Source: Klebsormidium nitens (Eukaryota; Plantae; Klebsormidiophyceae). From it: DNA of 56,738 nucleotides. The notes under the pieces were generated by a model. That model was not told the origin of the DNA. It did not search any database and saw only the letters and a program-made list of their open reading frames with translations. This document shows, in pieces, positions 12,759 through 24,909 of this stretch. The stretch covers positions 1 through 56,738 of the forward strand of contig DF237526.1 of assembly GCA_000708835.1 (NCBI GenBank), written 5' to 3'. Position 1 is the first letter of the stretch; every line of letters starts with the position of its first letter. A program made the translations under genes and the position numbers.

Positions 12759-14121
12759 TTGGACTTGTGCTCGGACAGACTTCTGCTGGCAAAAGAGAGT
12801 ATCATACTTTCCGGTGTGGTTTAGTGCTTGTATAGTAGTACGGACGTGTGGTCCCCCGAGCCTGCACCAAAAAGCAGCGGCTTGTACTACTGTGGTCGTT
12901 TGGCTCATGCACGGTTTGCCGATTTCAGTGCTCAAAGCTTAGCACCTGAACAGCATGCTCGACGGTGCTCAGACTTGTCTTCTCTTCCGCTTTCGTAAGT
13001 TCGTAGTTATACCGTAACATAAGTGCTGCACCTGTCGACCTCCTCGCGACTCTATGGGGCCTGGACAGCCGCCCGATTCGGCTGTTGTCAAAGAACTGGC
13101 CGTTGCATAGCAGTGGTGGACAGCGTCAATCTCACATGCCATGCAGGCAGCACTTGTCATGCCAAACACAATGATTCGATCAATTCTACATACATCTACG
13201 TCGTCTTAGTATATAGATTTGGATGTATCATATTAACGTCGCGGTTCGGAGCCGTGATCGGCTTATCCTAAAGTATAGGAAAAGCGCTATATGCCACAAA
13301 TGGCATGCATGGTTAACATGAATCTGCCATAATGTGAGCCGGGCGCCGTGTATGTCACCATACCATCGTGTGCGTCCAAACCTTGCTTAGCCTTTGAACT
13401 TAAACCTCAGTATATGTAGCGCGCGCCGTCGGTTTGTAGTCAAGTACTTACATGTCTGCTAAGCTCATCTACTACAGCCATTGCTTCTAAGGGTAGTAGC
13501 TACCGCATACTACAAACCGTCAGTCACTAGATGATTATATGCAGGTTCTCAAATTGCCTAAACGAACAGTTCCACGGTTGATCTCATTAAATTCCCCTTC
13601 CAACCACTCGCTGGTTGTGTCCCTCAGCTTACCACCAGCCTCAAAGTTACAACCAAAGCAATCCCTCGATTCAAGAACTCTCAACACGAAAGAAGCCGTT
13701 TTCGAGGATGGTTACCATGCGCTCAAGCTAACTTCACCTTATCTTTGTCTGTTTTTCCAATCACAAACGACCTAGCTACTGCAAGCGAGCGACCCGGATT
13801 TGTAAATACGGTTTTATCTGATTCACTGTTCGATCTTGCGCGCGAGATACTTCAACCTCAATAATATAGGTTTGCTTCGAGTCATTGAGCTGGGCTCATC
13901 ACCCTCCAATCAGGATGGACCATACAGTGTCTGTGGCAACGTAGTGAACGCACTTTATGCTAAGCGTGTTCCTCCAAGACACACCAGACAACAAGCATTT
14001 CTCTGGTCTTTGTTGACATCTGGTTCAAAGCATCAAGACCTGTGCAGCACTACCAGTTGGAAAGTCCTCTACCCTCTAGACTCGCATCCTGATTAAGCAA
14101 ATCGCCTGAAGTTAGCAATGT

Positions 14122-17100
14122 TTACAGCGGACGCCGTCCATAACCTCCGGGCCCTTCAGCACCTGGCCAGTAGCCCTGGCTCCTGTAGTATGCTTCAGGA
14201 CCATACCTGCACCGCAACACCCGTACACAATTGCTGAACAAGGATGTCAAGACTGTTGTGGATTGTGTACAACTCTCAGCGGGATCCTCAGCTAGAGATG
14301 AGCTAAAGCACCATGTATCCCTCCCAAACCATGACCGACATACGACAGAAGCTCCGTCACGACCCCAGCAGTCCCAAACCCAACAAAATCTGGTAGCGGC
14401 TGGTATACCCTTAGCAAATGGGCTTTTTAGGACACCCACTGCATGCTCAAATTTTTCGGGCTTCCTGAGAGCGTTCTTCCTCCACATGTAGTATCTCAAA
14501 GGAGCTCTACACTGAGGCTGCCAAATCTTGCACAAATTCTGTCCACACAAAGCAGGTCTGCTGAGCTTACAATTCCTTCGGAGCAGCGATCGGCGGTCGC
14601 CCATACTCCCCCGGGTACGCTCCTTCAACGGGGTAACCTCCCGCTGCTCCCGTCATTCTGGCGACATAATCTTCATATGACTGCGGGGGGCCAGAACACG
14701 TCAGCTTGTGCATCGCCTTAACAGCCAATCAATAACAAAGCACCCCAACCTTCAAAAATCGAGCACTTCCTACGGCCAGAGTAAGCAAAAGAATGCTTAT
14801 AGAGACGGGGGCAGTAACAGCAAATCTAAAAGCACAGGCGCTGATTAACATGTCAAAAAAAGCGGGATGTGTCAGAAAGTGCCCGCATGAAATCCCTTCT
14901 CGATAGTCCTCTGCTAGGGACCCCACGCCCGGCGCTCCTCACCATGTTCAGAAGCTCCTCGGGCGGCGGCGACACCTTCTTGGAGCGGCTTTTGGGCGGG
15001 GGGCTCTCCGAGCGCCGCTTGCTCTTCTTCCGCTTCTCCTTCTTCGGCGAGCGCGACCGCCGGCTACTGTGGGGGGACGGCGACCGGCGCTTCCTTGCCG
15101 AGGGGGACTTTTTCCTGGGCCGCTCTTCCTCCGAGTACCCCCCCGCCGGCGAACGAGACCGCGATCGGCCCCTGGCAGGGGGAGACCTCGACGGCCGTCG
15201 CCGCACGTATCCTTCCCGAAATCCTGGCAACTCCGCCCCGAACCCAGGCCCCCCGGGCAGACCCTCTCGGTAAGGGGGACCCCCCCAAGACGGAAACGGC
15301 CCCTCGCCATACCCGTTACCCGCAAACGGCGGCCCCTCTTCGAATGGTGCACGGAATGGTGGCCGGAACCCTGGTCCGTCGACGAAAGGGGGCCCCTCCG
15401 CAAACGGCGGAGCTCTCCCGAAAGGGAAGGGTCCCATCGGGCCCTCCATGAAGGGCCCGTCCCGATACCCCCGGGGTGCAAACCCCGGTCTAAAACCTGG
15501 GCCGTCTCGGAACGCGGGTCCGAAACCTGGACGCGGGCCTGGCCCGTCCACAAACGGGGGGCGCCCGAAGCCTCGTCCTGAGGGGCGAGGCGGACCCCCC
15601 CTGCCGAAGCCTCGGCCGGAAAGGGGGCCGGGGATGGGGGCATCGAAGGGAGGCTCTTCGTCCGGCAGTCCGACGTCCTTGGTTTTGTACTCCCCAGCAA
15701 CGATGGGCCTGGAGGAGAAGGATGAGCACTGTAGGGGAGGCTTGCATTGGTGCTACAGCTTGCGATGAATGGACTGCATGTAGCGGGTCTCCCAAATATG
15801 AAGTTTTGTGGAATGAAGAAAGGAGAGGAAGTTGATCACTTTCGACCACAAATATTCAGGAGTGAAGCAACCCGTTTCTGAGCCAGCGGTGTTCTGCTTC
15901 TCTACTGTTGCGGGCAGGTAAGCGGATGTCCGTGTGCTCAAGGGAGTACTGACTGACGGGTCACATTTCCGAACCAACTTGTTGGAGACGATTGATTGCC
16001 CAGGAACAAATTCAGAAGAGAAAAAGGAAGAGAATCGGAGACACCGATGAAGCAGAGTCCTGTTGCATCTCACTGCTGCAACCATAGTTGAAGTGCTGGG
16101 AAGAACTGTACTACCAGGCTCTTCCATTCACAACCCCCTCTCCCCTGGCTGTAAGCGTAACCCGACTCAAATGCGCCCTTGGTCTCGCAATCGGAAAGTT
16201 CTCGGAGGAATCTCGATGACCCCCTCCGATCCTCACCTTCCATCGACGAAGCATCCCTTTCTTGGAAACAAGACCTACACCAGCCCTTACCCCTTGCTTC
16301 ACTCATCAGTACTGTTACCCCTCCTTTTCATACTTCCTCCAACCTTTTCCCCCCTTCGAACCACAGACGCACAACAAACCTAAGCCCTCACCTTTTGCCC
16401 CCCCGCCCCTCGCTCTCCGCCCCCTCGTCCATCAGCGCACAGACAACCTCCCCAATCTCCGGCGGCAATTCCTGCCCGTCCCGGCTGATTTTAATCGGCT
16501 TCATCTCGTTCAGGGGGTTGCGCAGGTGCAGCGTCTTGCTGAACGCGAGATCGTAGAGCTGCAGCCACTCCACTGCGAAGTCCCCCCCCCAGGGCCCTCC
16601 CCCGCCCTCGTTCTCGCTCCACTGGCCCGATCGACTACGTCCGATGGGGGAGGCCATGCGCGCGTAGCCCTGGAAGTGCCCGCTCTGGTTGACACTGAAC
16701 ACGAGGATGACCGATTCTGCAGTCTGCAGCAAAATGTGGGGAATGTTTGAGGTAAGAGGACGGGGAGGTAAGAGGACGGGGCGGGTGAAGAGCAAAAGAC
16801 CCCTTTCGCAGCGAGGGTGGTATGGGCTTGCCATTCCAGTCTGTCGCTTCAGGGCAAGACAAGCTTAGATCAGGTTTCAGGCAGGTGACAGGAAGCTGAA
16901 GGAAGTTGGGACCAGCCAACAAGCTTTCGCAACTCGTTAAAGGAAATCCCGCCTTCAGAATGCTGAGGAACGAAGGACCCTTGACAAGAATTCTCGTACA
17001 GAGAAGAAACTTCTGACATGAATTAGGATGATGCCCGCCGTGCTTTCTTGAAGTGAGGTCTCTAATGCCTGCCACTATGCCCCTAGCAATAAGAAGACAG

Positions 17101-19154
17101 TCCTGCATCAAGAAGCGCAAGGTGAAGACTGGAATCATACAATTAAAGAAATGTAAAGAGCCTACCTCAAACGCTTGGTTGAGCTTTGCCTCGTTGATTG
17201 CCTGCGTGGCCCAGACCCCTTTCTCGATGGACGTTGCAATATTTCGGTGCGAGACGCTCTTGATGATGAAGTACCGGATGCCTCGCTTTGGAAGTTTGTT
17301 ATACGACGGCCGCTGCGGCCCTGGCCAGTGCTGAAACCGCGCGTCACCATTCCGGTCCGGCCTTGTTGAGTCTGCGAGGCGCGAAAGGCAGTACTTAGCA
17401 CAGGCTTAATGAGGGTGTTCCTTTTCCAGAAGCTTTTATGTGTCCCTAACTTCTCTGGATTTAAGAATAGCACAAACGGACCTCCAAGGGGTGAAAGTGA
17501 AGTCCTCGCAGCAGGCAGTAACGAGCAGGAACTCATTTAGCACTAGCAATCCAGGGACGAAAGCTCTCCACAGCTATGAGGGAGCGTTTTGATAAGCTTG
17601 GAAGGAAAGATGGGAAAAGGAGACTGCAGCAGAGACCGTGCATCAGCGTACTACATAACAGACCCAAGCAGTAAGGTTTTTGATACATAGTTGCTAAGTA
17701 CAAGTCAACGAGTATGATAAGATACTGTCAGACGTACCAGATCAAAAAACCTGCACCTGAGAGAATTAATCACAGAGAACTCCCTCCAACAAGATACATG
17801 CAGCTCTACTAGAAAGCAGAAAGGAGGAGGGTTCAGCAATGCTTCATCAGTGAGCATCAGACTGGCAAAAGGTTTGACCAACAGAGAACAGACAAAAGGA
17901 CACGGTACTCACATGTCTCCCGCAGAGGCTTGACATCCACCGACCTCGTCTCATGGACTCGAGGAGGGGCCCTGGCCTCTTTCTTTGGAGCCTCTTCCTT
18001 GCGACCTCCATTTTCAACCTAATCACAGCGAAATGTTTGCTTTCTTAGGGGCGAGAAACCAGCAACGGGTAAGCAAAGAAGCCCTTTCAAGAGTCCAGCG
18101 AGAGTATATAGAGATCAGCATATTCCTTCATCAACTAAGCAGACAAAGACACTGCGCCGTCAACGTTCATTCTTAGGGTTGGTTTGGAACGACAGGAGCA
18201 CAAGATGCTGTAACAAGCGAGGCGATTCATAGCCAAGGCTATGAATTAGGACTCCTGGTAAAAAAGCAAGAAGCTCTGTAGGGAATGTGCATAGCAGGAA
18301 AACAAACCTGCTCCTTGGGCTCCTCCGAGGCCCGTGTCGTCGCAGGTCCGCCGTTTGTAGGCTCTGGATCACTTCAAAGTTCGGCAAGCAAGCATTGTTA
18401 ACATGATGGAAGCCTCGACGCGTAGCAATATCTATATGCACTTGCCAAAATCTACTGCGTTGCTTGTTCCACAGCTGCAGCCAAACAATCTCGACACGCC
18501 TACTCGGTCAAGTTTTTTAAGACAAAGCAATCGTTAACTGCTCGACTGTTCGACTGTTCGGCCAGAAGATAATCCGTCTGATTGTTCTCAATGAGCTGGG
18601 TGATAAATCAACTCTTTGAATCTCGCGCAGATTCTGTATGACACACTTTCTCAGCTCCCTGCTTACCCTGCTCTGACAAGCACTTGATATTATTTACAAT
18701 ACAGTACAGGAAGTTCTAGAGCTTTACCAAGTGCACGAGATCGATATAAATAAAAGCAGTTCTATATCAAGCAACTCAATCCTGCGCAAGCAGAGCAAAA
18801 TAAGAACGTTCAATGCAACCTCTGTCCCTTGACAATTTGTAGACGGCTCTGCACAGAGCCAGAAGAGCTTCCGATTCTACCATTTCTACCATGTACTTTT
18901 GCCCCTTACACCTGCGACCAGAATGAAAGAGCCGCCTAGCTTGCGCTCGACAAGGGGCCTGCAACTTACGGCAATCTGTCTGCCTCCTCAATCTCATCAT
19001 TCAAGTCGTCATACAAATCCTCCTCGTCAAGATCATGAAAGTCGTCGTCCTCTGCCATGAGATCGTCTAGGACGCTCCTACTGTAGCTGCTCGACCGCTG
19101 CCGCGCATACTCTGGTGACGTGCCGTCCTCGGCATTTCTGTCTTCGTCTGCCAT
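14122..19154 (-). CDS. YTH-domain m6A reader, YTHDC1/ECT12-like, with Gly/Pro/Phe-rich and RS-rich C-terminal region, 8 exons, ~600 aa
   Basis: Exons 19154-18970, 18371-18308, 18018-17913, 17320-17166, 16723-16392, 15708-14943, 14680-14571, 14206-14122 join in phase (1803 nt). YTH motifs RYFIIKS...GVWATQ...NEAKLNQAF...VILVFSVNQSGHFQGYARM...FAVEW...NPLNEMKPIKISRDGQEL. No CCCH zinc fingers seen, so not CPSF30-L. Confidence 0.9.
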
Positions 19155-20851
19155 GGTCAGACGCACTGTGATAAGCAGCCTGCAGTAGATAAGAAACTCC
19201 TCGATCTCTTGCTCACCAGTCCCACTGACCGGCAGCCTGCAAGCTGACTGGCAGTCTGCAAGTAAAGCTGCAATGATCTGTTCTGCTAGTACTCTCACAC
19301 CCTGCCTTCACACCCTGCAGATTGCAGTAGGAAAAAGGCCCCCTCTAATACGACCATATCCTATCTTACAAGAACTCGATTGCATCAACAACCACATATA
19401 CGGTTATTGTGCTATGTGTTGATACAAGAGAGATGGCAAAACAGACACTGAGACAGAGAGCATTCAAGAACAAAGAGCCGGCAAAAAATGTTGAAAAGAG
19501 TGGACTGCTTAGCATTCAAAGTGGGTGTAGCCTCTGACCAACAATACCATCTCCTGCACTTCATGTAGCACGTGTGGTTGTGATTGGACACTTGCTTGGA
19601 GAGCAAGCAACAGAGGGACTGCACGATTGATTAGAACAGCCATGCTGACCAAGAATATTATTTGGGGATTCGGGGATTCGGAAATTCTGACTTTGCCAAC
19701 TTTGTTTGCAATGCTCAGACACAATGCCTCTGGTAAAAGCATGGATCCTGACGCATTTTGCAGTGAGGACTCTGAGTAAAGCAGCAAAGGGGAGCCTGGC
19801 TGCTTAGGCAAAACCGTCCTCAACCCTTTGAAGCTGTCCTGCAGAGAGAAACTTCCGACACACCCTCACCTAGGGCTACTCCAAGTACCTGGTCATCGAA
19901 TGGACATATTTTGACATACATAAACCATAGTAAAAAGCAGAAATGCTGAGCTGCTTTGTTGACCCAAAAGAGGTGCGTTCAACCCCGACGCATCTTTGTT
20001 GCATCTTGTATCTTGTCTACCCACTTCCTCCGTATAGAGCAGACTATAACAAAGAGTAGCCTTCAGCCTCAGGAAGCTGCAGTGCATTCAAACCATGTCG
20101 CTCTGCAGCAATGAATCACAGAGAGAAAATAACATCTGCAAACCCACCTGCTTCTGCGCCGGTCCTTGCACCTGCCCAGGCTGCGAGCACCTGGTTTTCC
20201 CACTTGCTAGAGGCCAGTCCTCAGCCCTTCTTTGCAAGCAGGCATGATGGTCAGGCGCCCTAGCACGTCGTCACACCATTGCCGTCTCCCTAGCTGAACC
20301 CTGGATCCAGCAATGGCAATGGCATACAGTGCACTGTGCAGGGCTGAACTTCCTGTGTAGGGAAGTTCCGGCGGCGATCCGGCCGATTGTGTAGGATGCC
20401 GGTATACGGAATGAGTGGAATCAAACCTTCAAACCCTGCATGCGCTTTCTTTGCGGAAGCCTGGGTCGGGCGGCCCCCTCGCGCGGCCGCGCGAGTTGAG
20501 GTACGGTATGGGCCGATCATCAGCCTGAGACTCCTGAGTCCTGAGTGCTTCACTTTAAAATCACTGTTTACTTCCAGTTCCACTCAAACCACAATCATGC
20601 ACTGCAGTCTGCATGATGCAGGGATTAGCATTAAATCCTGTGCAGTGAAGGTCCAAAACTAAAGCTCAAGCAATGTGATCCTTTTCTCACCAACAACTGC
20701 GCTATCCAGTGTCTGCTTTCCGGTGGATATCATCCAGGGACTTGGACTGCATTCAACCGCTCACGAACACTGGCCATGGGTAAGAGCGTCTATCAATCGC
20801 ATAACATTAGATCACTTTGAGTAAAGCACATAGCATGTCACCAGGATAGCA

Positions 20852-22806
20852 ATGCCAAGCTGGTCAGAACCCAGGAATGTAACGGCATTCCCTGCTTTCG
20901 GCAGGGGCAGCAATAAGCTTCCTGCCGCTGTCTGTCTTTTCCTTCTTTTGCTGGGACTCGTTTTCACCATGCATTTGCAGTCCCCTGGGCCACGAGATTC
21001 CGAGAAGCAGACCTTAATTCAGCTCCCAGCAGCTTTTCAAAGAGCAAAAAGTTCACTTGATGCCAGAGAGGAGATTCTGGCCAAAGTGGAACCGGAGTTC
21101 AGGCAGCAGTGTAAAGAGATATTTCTTGGAGTTCCCAAGATGTTCTCTCAGGCCTATCAAGATTGGATATTATACCACAATTTCTTCCGTGACTACGCCT
21201 ATGGGGAAGGATCCTTCATTGACATCGGCTCCAACAACCCTTTCTTCATATCCAACACCCTGTTCTTTGAGAAGTGCCTGGGTTGGAAGGGTCTGTGCAT
21301 AGAACCACAGGCAGAATACCACCCGCTGTACGGAGAGAGAAGTTGCACACTGGTTCCAAACTGTTTGAATCAGGAAGAAGTGGACATGGGCTTCGTCTTT
21401 GATGGGGTGGATGGAAGGGTGGTACCGCAGGACGACCCTGCTTCCAACGGCACTGTTCACTGCAAACCTCTCCAGGACATTCTGACGGAACATGGGGTGA
21501 CGAAAGTGGACTTCATGTCCATCGACACAGAAGGTGCTGAAGTGGAGATTCTGCGGTAATCAAAGCTGCCTGTTTGATCTAGATGATAATTTTGTAAAGT
21601 CAAGCATTGATCGCTGCGTGCTTCTTTCTGCTGAACTCAACCGAGCTTGCAACAAGTTCTGACCTCAGTGCAATTCTCTTGCTATAGACAGACTGTTCTT
21701 AAATAACCCCTCCCAACGCCTTCACTGGTCATTCAAACGAGATCCAAGTAGACAGGCCGACGATAGCGCTTCGATGTGAAGTTGTTGCACTACAACATGC
21801 GCTGTTCTGGCCATAAATGAAAGCGTAGAGGTTACAAGCAAATCACTTGACACATGCTAACAGTGGCAATGCAATTGCAGGTGCTTCCCATTTAGCGAAT
21901 GGAAAATCAAGGCACTCATAGTCGAGACCAATAAGCAGGACAAGTACCTGGACTTTCTCCTTTTGAGAGCAGGGTGAGCCTAAAAATCTTCTCTGACGTC
22001 AGCATGACTTGGCGGCTGACTAGGCTGATACCTGATTGTCGTGATGTCATACCAATTGTGGCTTCTGTCCTAGGCAGGGAGCTGATGCAATGCATATTAA
22101 TGCTGTGATAGATGGTGTCACCCGTCCAAGAGGACATGAGAGGAAACGAGCAGAGTACCTATAGATGAGCTGTGTATGACTGTGTCATTATTCCGCAGTA
22201 TTGACTTTTTTATCCTCGATGCCACGTCCTTGCAGCTACATGAAGGTCATGGAGCTGCTCTGCCCCACTTTTGAACAACGGAATGTTGGAACGTAAGTAT
22301 CTTCCCAAGCTAGTCATTAAAATCTTTGCTCGAATGGCAGGTGACTTTTCGTACATGTTTGTTCTTCAGACACAGCATCCCTGCTGTACACCACTCCTGT
22401 AAACGACATCCGTTCGTTATGCTTTTTAAAAAGAAACAACCGACCCACTCGTTCACGCATATGGAATTCCAGCTGGCAGGATTAAAATTGCAAGTCAATC
22501 ATGTTAAAATCGGGCGAGACAAGCTTCGAAAGTTTCTCCTTACAACCGTCCTGCTCGCTTTGCAGCTATCTCGATTCGCTCTTCGTATGGAACGATAACC
22601 CTTTGGTGCTGCCCAATAAGGACCAAGAATTCAGTTGCACGGATGAAGACATGAAGTGGAACGGTTGCTACAGCCGCACAGGTTGGTCGAGCTATTACAG
22701 AGAAGAGATAGGACAACGAGAGCAAGTCAAAGATGCGTGCCCAAACGAAGGTGTTGCACTCTCCGCCCGGCCCGGATTGTCGGGTCGTGAAGTTTTGTAC
22801 AATTAG
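20852..22806 (+). CDS. FkbM/Methyltransf_21-family SAM methyltransferase with N-terminal membrane anchor, 4 exons
   Basis: Exons 20852-21555, 21881-21973, 22236-22292, 22566-22806 join in phase. Motifs FSQAYQD, FIDIGSN, SNTLFFEKCLGWKGLCIEP, VDFMSIDTEGAEVEILR, LIVET. TM segment AAVCLFLLLLGLVF. Confidence 0.88.
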
Positions 22807-23056
22807 TTAGCTGGCTCCATCAAAGATGCGTTTGATAGCTATGATGCTACATTTGCGGAACGGGTTGACCTTAAGTTAGAGCGGCAGGCTCAGCAGAGTC
22901 GGGCGCCCCAACATATAATTTGACTTCTTCTGCATGGATTGGGCAGAGATATCATCGATGACTTCTCCTAATGACTTTCAATCCTTTACATTGTTTGATT
23001 TAAACGGCAAGACTGCCGGCCAGGTAACTTGAAGGTTAGGATTAGAGGATGAATTG

Positions 23057-23255
23057 ACTCCGATAACTATCGTGTGACCTAAGAGCCGTGTGACCTAAGA
23101 TAGGCACCCGGGGGACGGGTGGGGTTGTTATGGTGGTTAGGGTGGGTTAGGGTGCGGAGCGGGTGATTAATTGGGTTAGGTTTTTAGTTTGGGGTGCCCG
23201 GGTTACTCGTATCTTAGGTCACACGCCCGTTAGGTCACACGAGAGTTACCGGTAT
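23057..23255. mobile_element. Non-autonomous MITE (199 bp) with ~45-bp imperfect TIRs, 9-bp TSD (Mutator-like size) and telomere-like G-rich core
   Basis: GATGAATTG at 23048-23056 and 23256-23264 flanks the element. Left end ccgataactatcgtgtgacctaagagccgtgtgacctaagata matches the reverse complement of the right end, ccggtaactctcgtgtgacctaacgggcgtgtgacctaagata. Core contains GGTTAGGGTGGGTTAGGG. Confidence 0.75.
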
Positions 23256-24081
23256 GATGAATTGTAGTTCAGCATACTTATTCATGCAACAATTTTGAGT
23301 GAATCTGCTCGGACTCATGACGTTGAACCTTGAGCACCATTACTGAATCATATGATCCGACATAGGCTAAACAATGAATTTCGAGGAATACGGGCTGTCG
23401 CACTGCAGCACGTTTGCTAAGAAGATCCGGATCCACAATCGGTCATGCAAGCAATGTAGAAACTTGCGAGCTTTAAACGAGAACTCAAGTTTGTACGGTA
23501 GTTTGCCGTGCCCGCATCTCAATCTGCATAAACTTATGCTGAAGCTCGTCTCAGGCCAATGTCTTTTCTCAATTGAAGCCACATGCACATGCATAGAGGA
23601 TCTCTCTGCCGCTCCGACTGTTTGCATGTGCCGGCGCTGCTTACATACTGTGAGTTGGGCCTCTGATTGTGCAGCTCACAAATTAAGTCGTGCTCCGGTC
23701 GTGCTCATGTAACATGGCGGCCGAGCGCACAATACAACAGTCAGTGATTCTTGAATAATGGGCCATGTCGATGTTCCAATGTTGGCGCGGCAAGCCATTG
23801 TTGCATGCAGTTCGTCAAGGCTACTGTAGGTGATAGACAAACTTAGGCCGGCTGGTTGTTTGCCGAGTTAATCACATCAGCTGGCCTGTTACCCTACAAG
23901 GGCATGCCTTAATGAATGACGAATGATAATGTTCATGGCACTCGAAACCTGAGATAATGCTAAGATCAGCTTAGAAATTTGGAACGGTCCGACATCCGCA
24001 TTCGAGCCGCGAAGTGCATGATGGGAAGCAGCTTTCATGTCTTGACCAGTAAAGAGCTAAAAGGGTAGTCACTGATCGAGC

Positions 24082-24440
24082 AATTTTAGCTCCTCATTGC
24101 GGCAACGTTGCGCAACGTTTCGAGGCGTTGCTGCAACACTAGGCGTTGGCAAGTGTAAGGAATCAACGCTTAGAACGTTGCGAGAACTGGTTAAAGCTAA
24201 ACCGAGCTTAAACCCTCGTCTCTGCAACGGTCATACAACGTTGTAGGATTGTTGCGAGACGTTGCATCTCTGTTGCAGCAACGAGGGTTTAGCTTCGGTT
24301 TACTACTTTAACCAGTTCTTGCAACGTTTTAGGCGTTGATTCCTTACACTTGCCAACGCCTAGTGCTGCAGCAACGCCTTGAAACGTTGCGCAACATTGC
24401 GCAACGACGTGCAACGTTGCTGCAACGAGCGGCTAAAATT
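24082..24440. repeat. Long inverted repeat/foldback element (arms ~147 and ~169 bp, 43-nt spacer), probably MITE-derived
   Basis: Arm 24082-24228 matches the reverse complement of 24272-24440 with few mismatches (e.g. ctaggcgttggcaagtgtaaggaatcaacgc). Built from GCAACGTTGC-type sub-repeats. No clear TSD found. Confidence 0.85.
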
Positions 24441-24909
24441 CCGATTGGCACATGCGATTCATCAGCATGCCATGTCTCGCCAGATCCTTATTTCTATCAT
24501 TTGCAGCTCGGTTCATATGATACGCCACGCCTGCCGGTCATTGAGTGTGCCCCCTTCATGCAAATGTGCAATCACGACTCCTAAGTTGGGTTCCCTTCGA
24601 GTGCATCTATGTTTCCGCAACTTCACAGCAACAAAAGCGACGCCAGCCGCCAAAACATACAGCAAACTCTTTCAACTTTCAACAGCGGGGACAGCTAAAT
24701 TGACATGGTGCTGAGAAAGGTGGCGCTTACATGAGCAAGCGTTTTCGCAGCAGCATGTCTTGGCTGGCCCTCCAAAGATTCTAGTCCATCCAAAGGCGAG
24801 TTTGCCCCTACATCAAATCCAGATTCTGCAACGCATTCTCACAAGCGCAAAGCTTTCATCAAGGACGTGCTCCAGATTCTTACGCGTCGCTCTTTTTCCT
24901 GCTCGCCGG

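Noticed and set aside
14869-15849. Stack of Pro/Arg/Gly-rich ORFs on both strands
   Set aside because: Alternative frames of the GC-rich YTH exon 15708-14943; only one frame splices in phase.
1450-22806. Possible metabolic gene cluster (Rieske oxygenase + UbiA prenyltransferase + methyltransferase)
   Set aside because: Spread over 21 kb with an unrelated YTH gene between, probably different compartments (plastid versus secretory), and the UbiA gene is frameshifted. No positive evidence of a shared pathway.
23065-24440. CRISPR-like appearance of short repeats
   Set aside because: The repeats are inverted or sub-terminal, with no regular repeat-spacer array and no cas genes; the context is eukaryotic.
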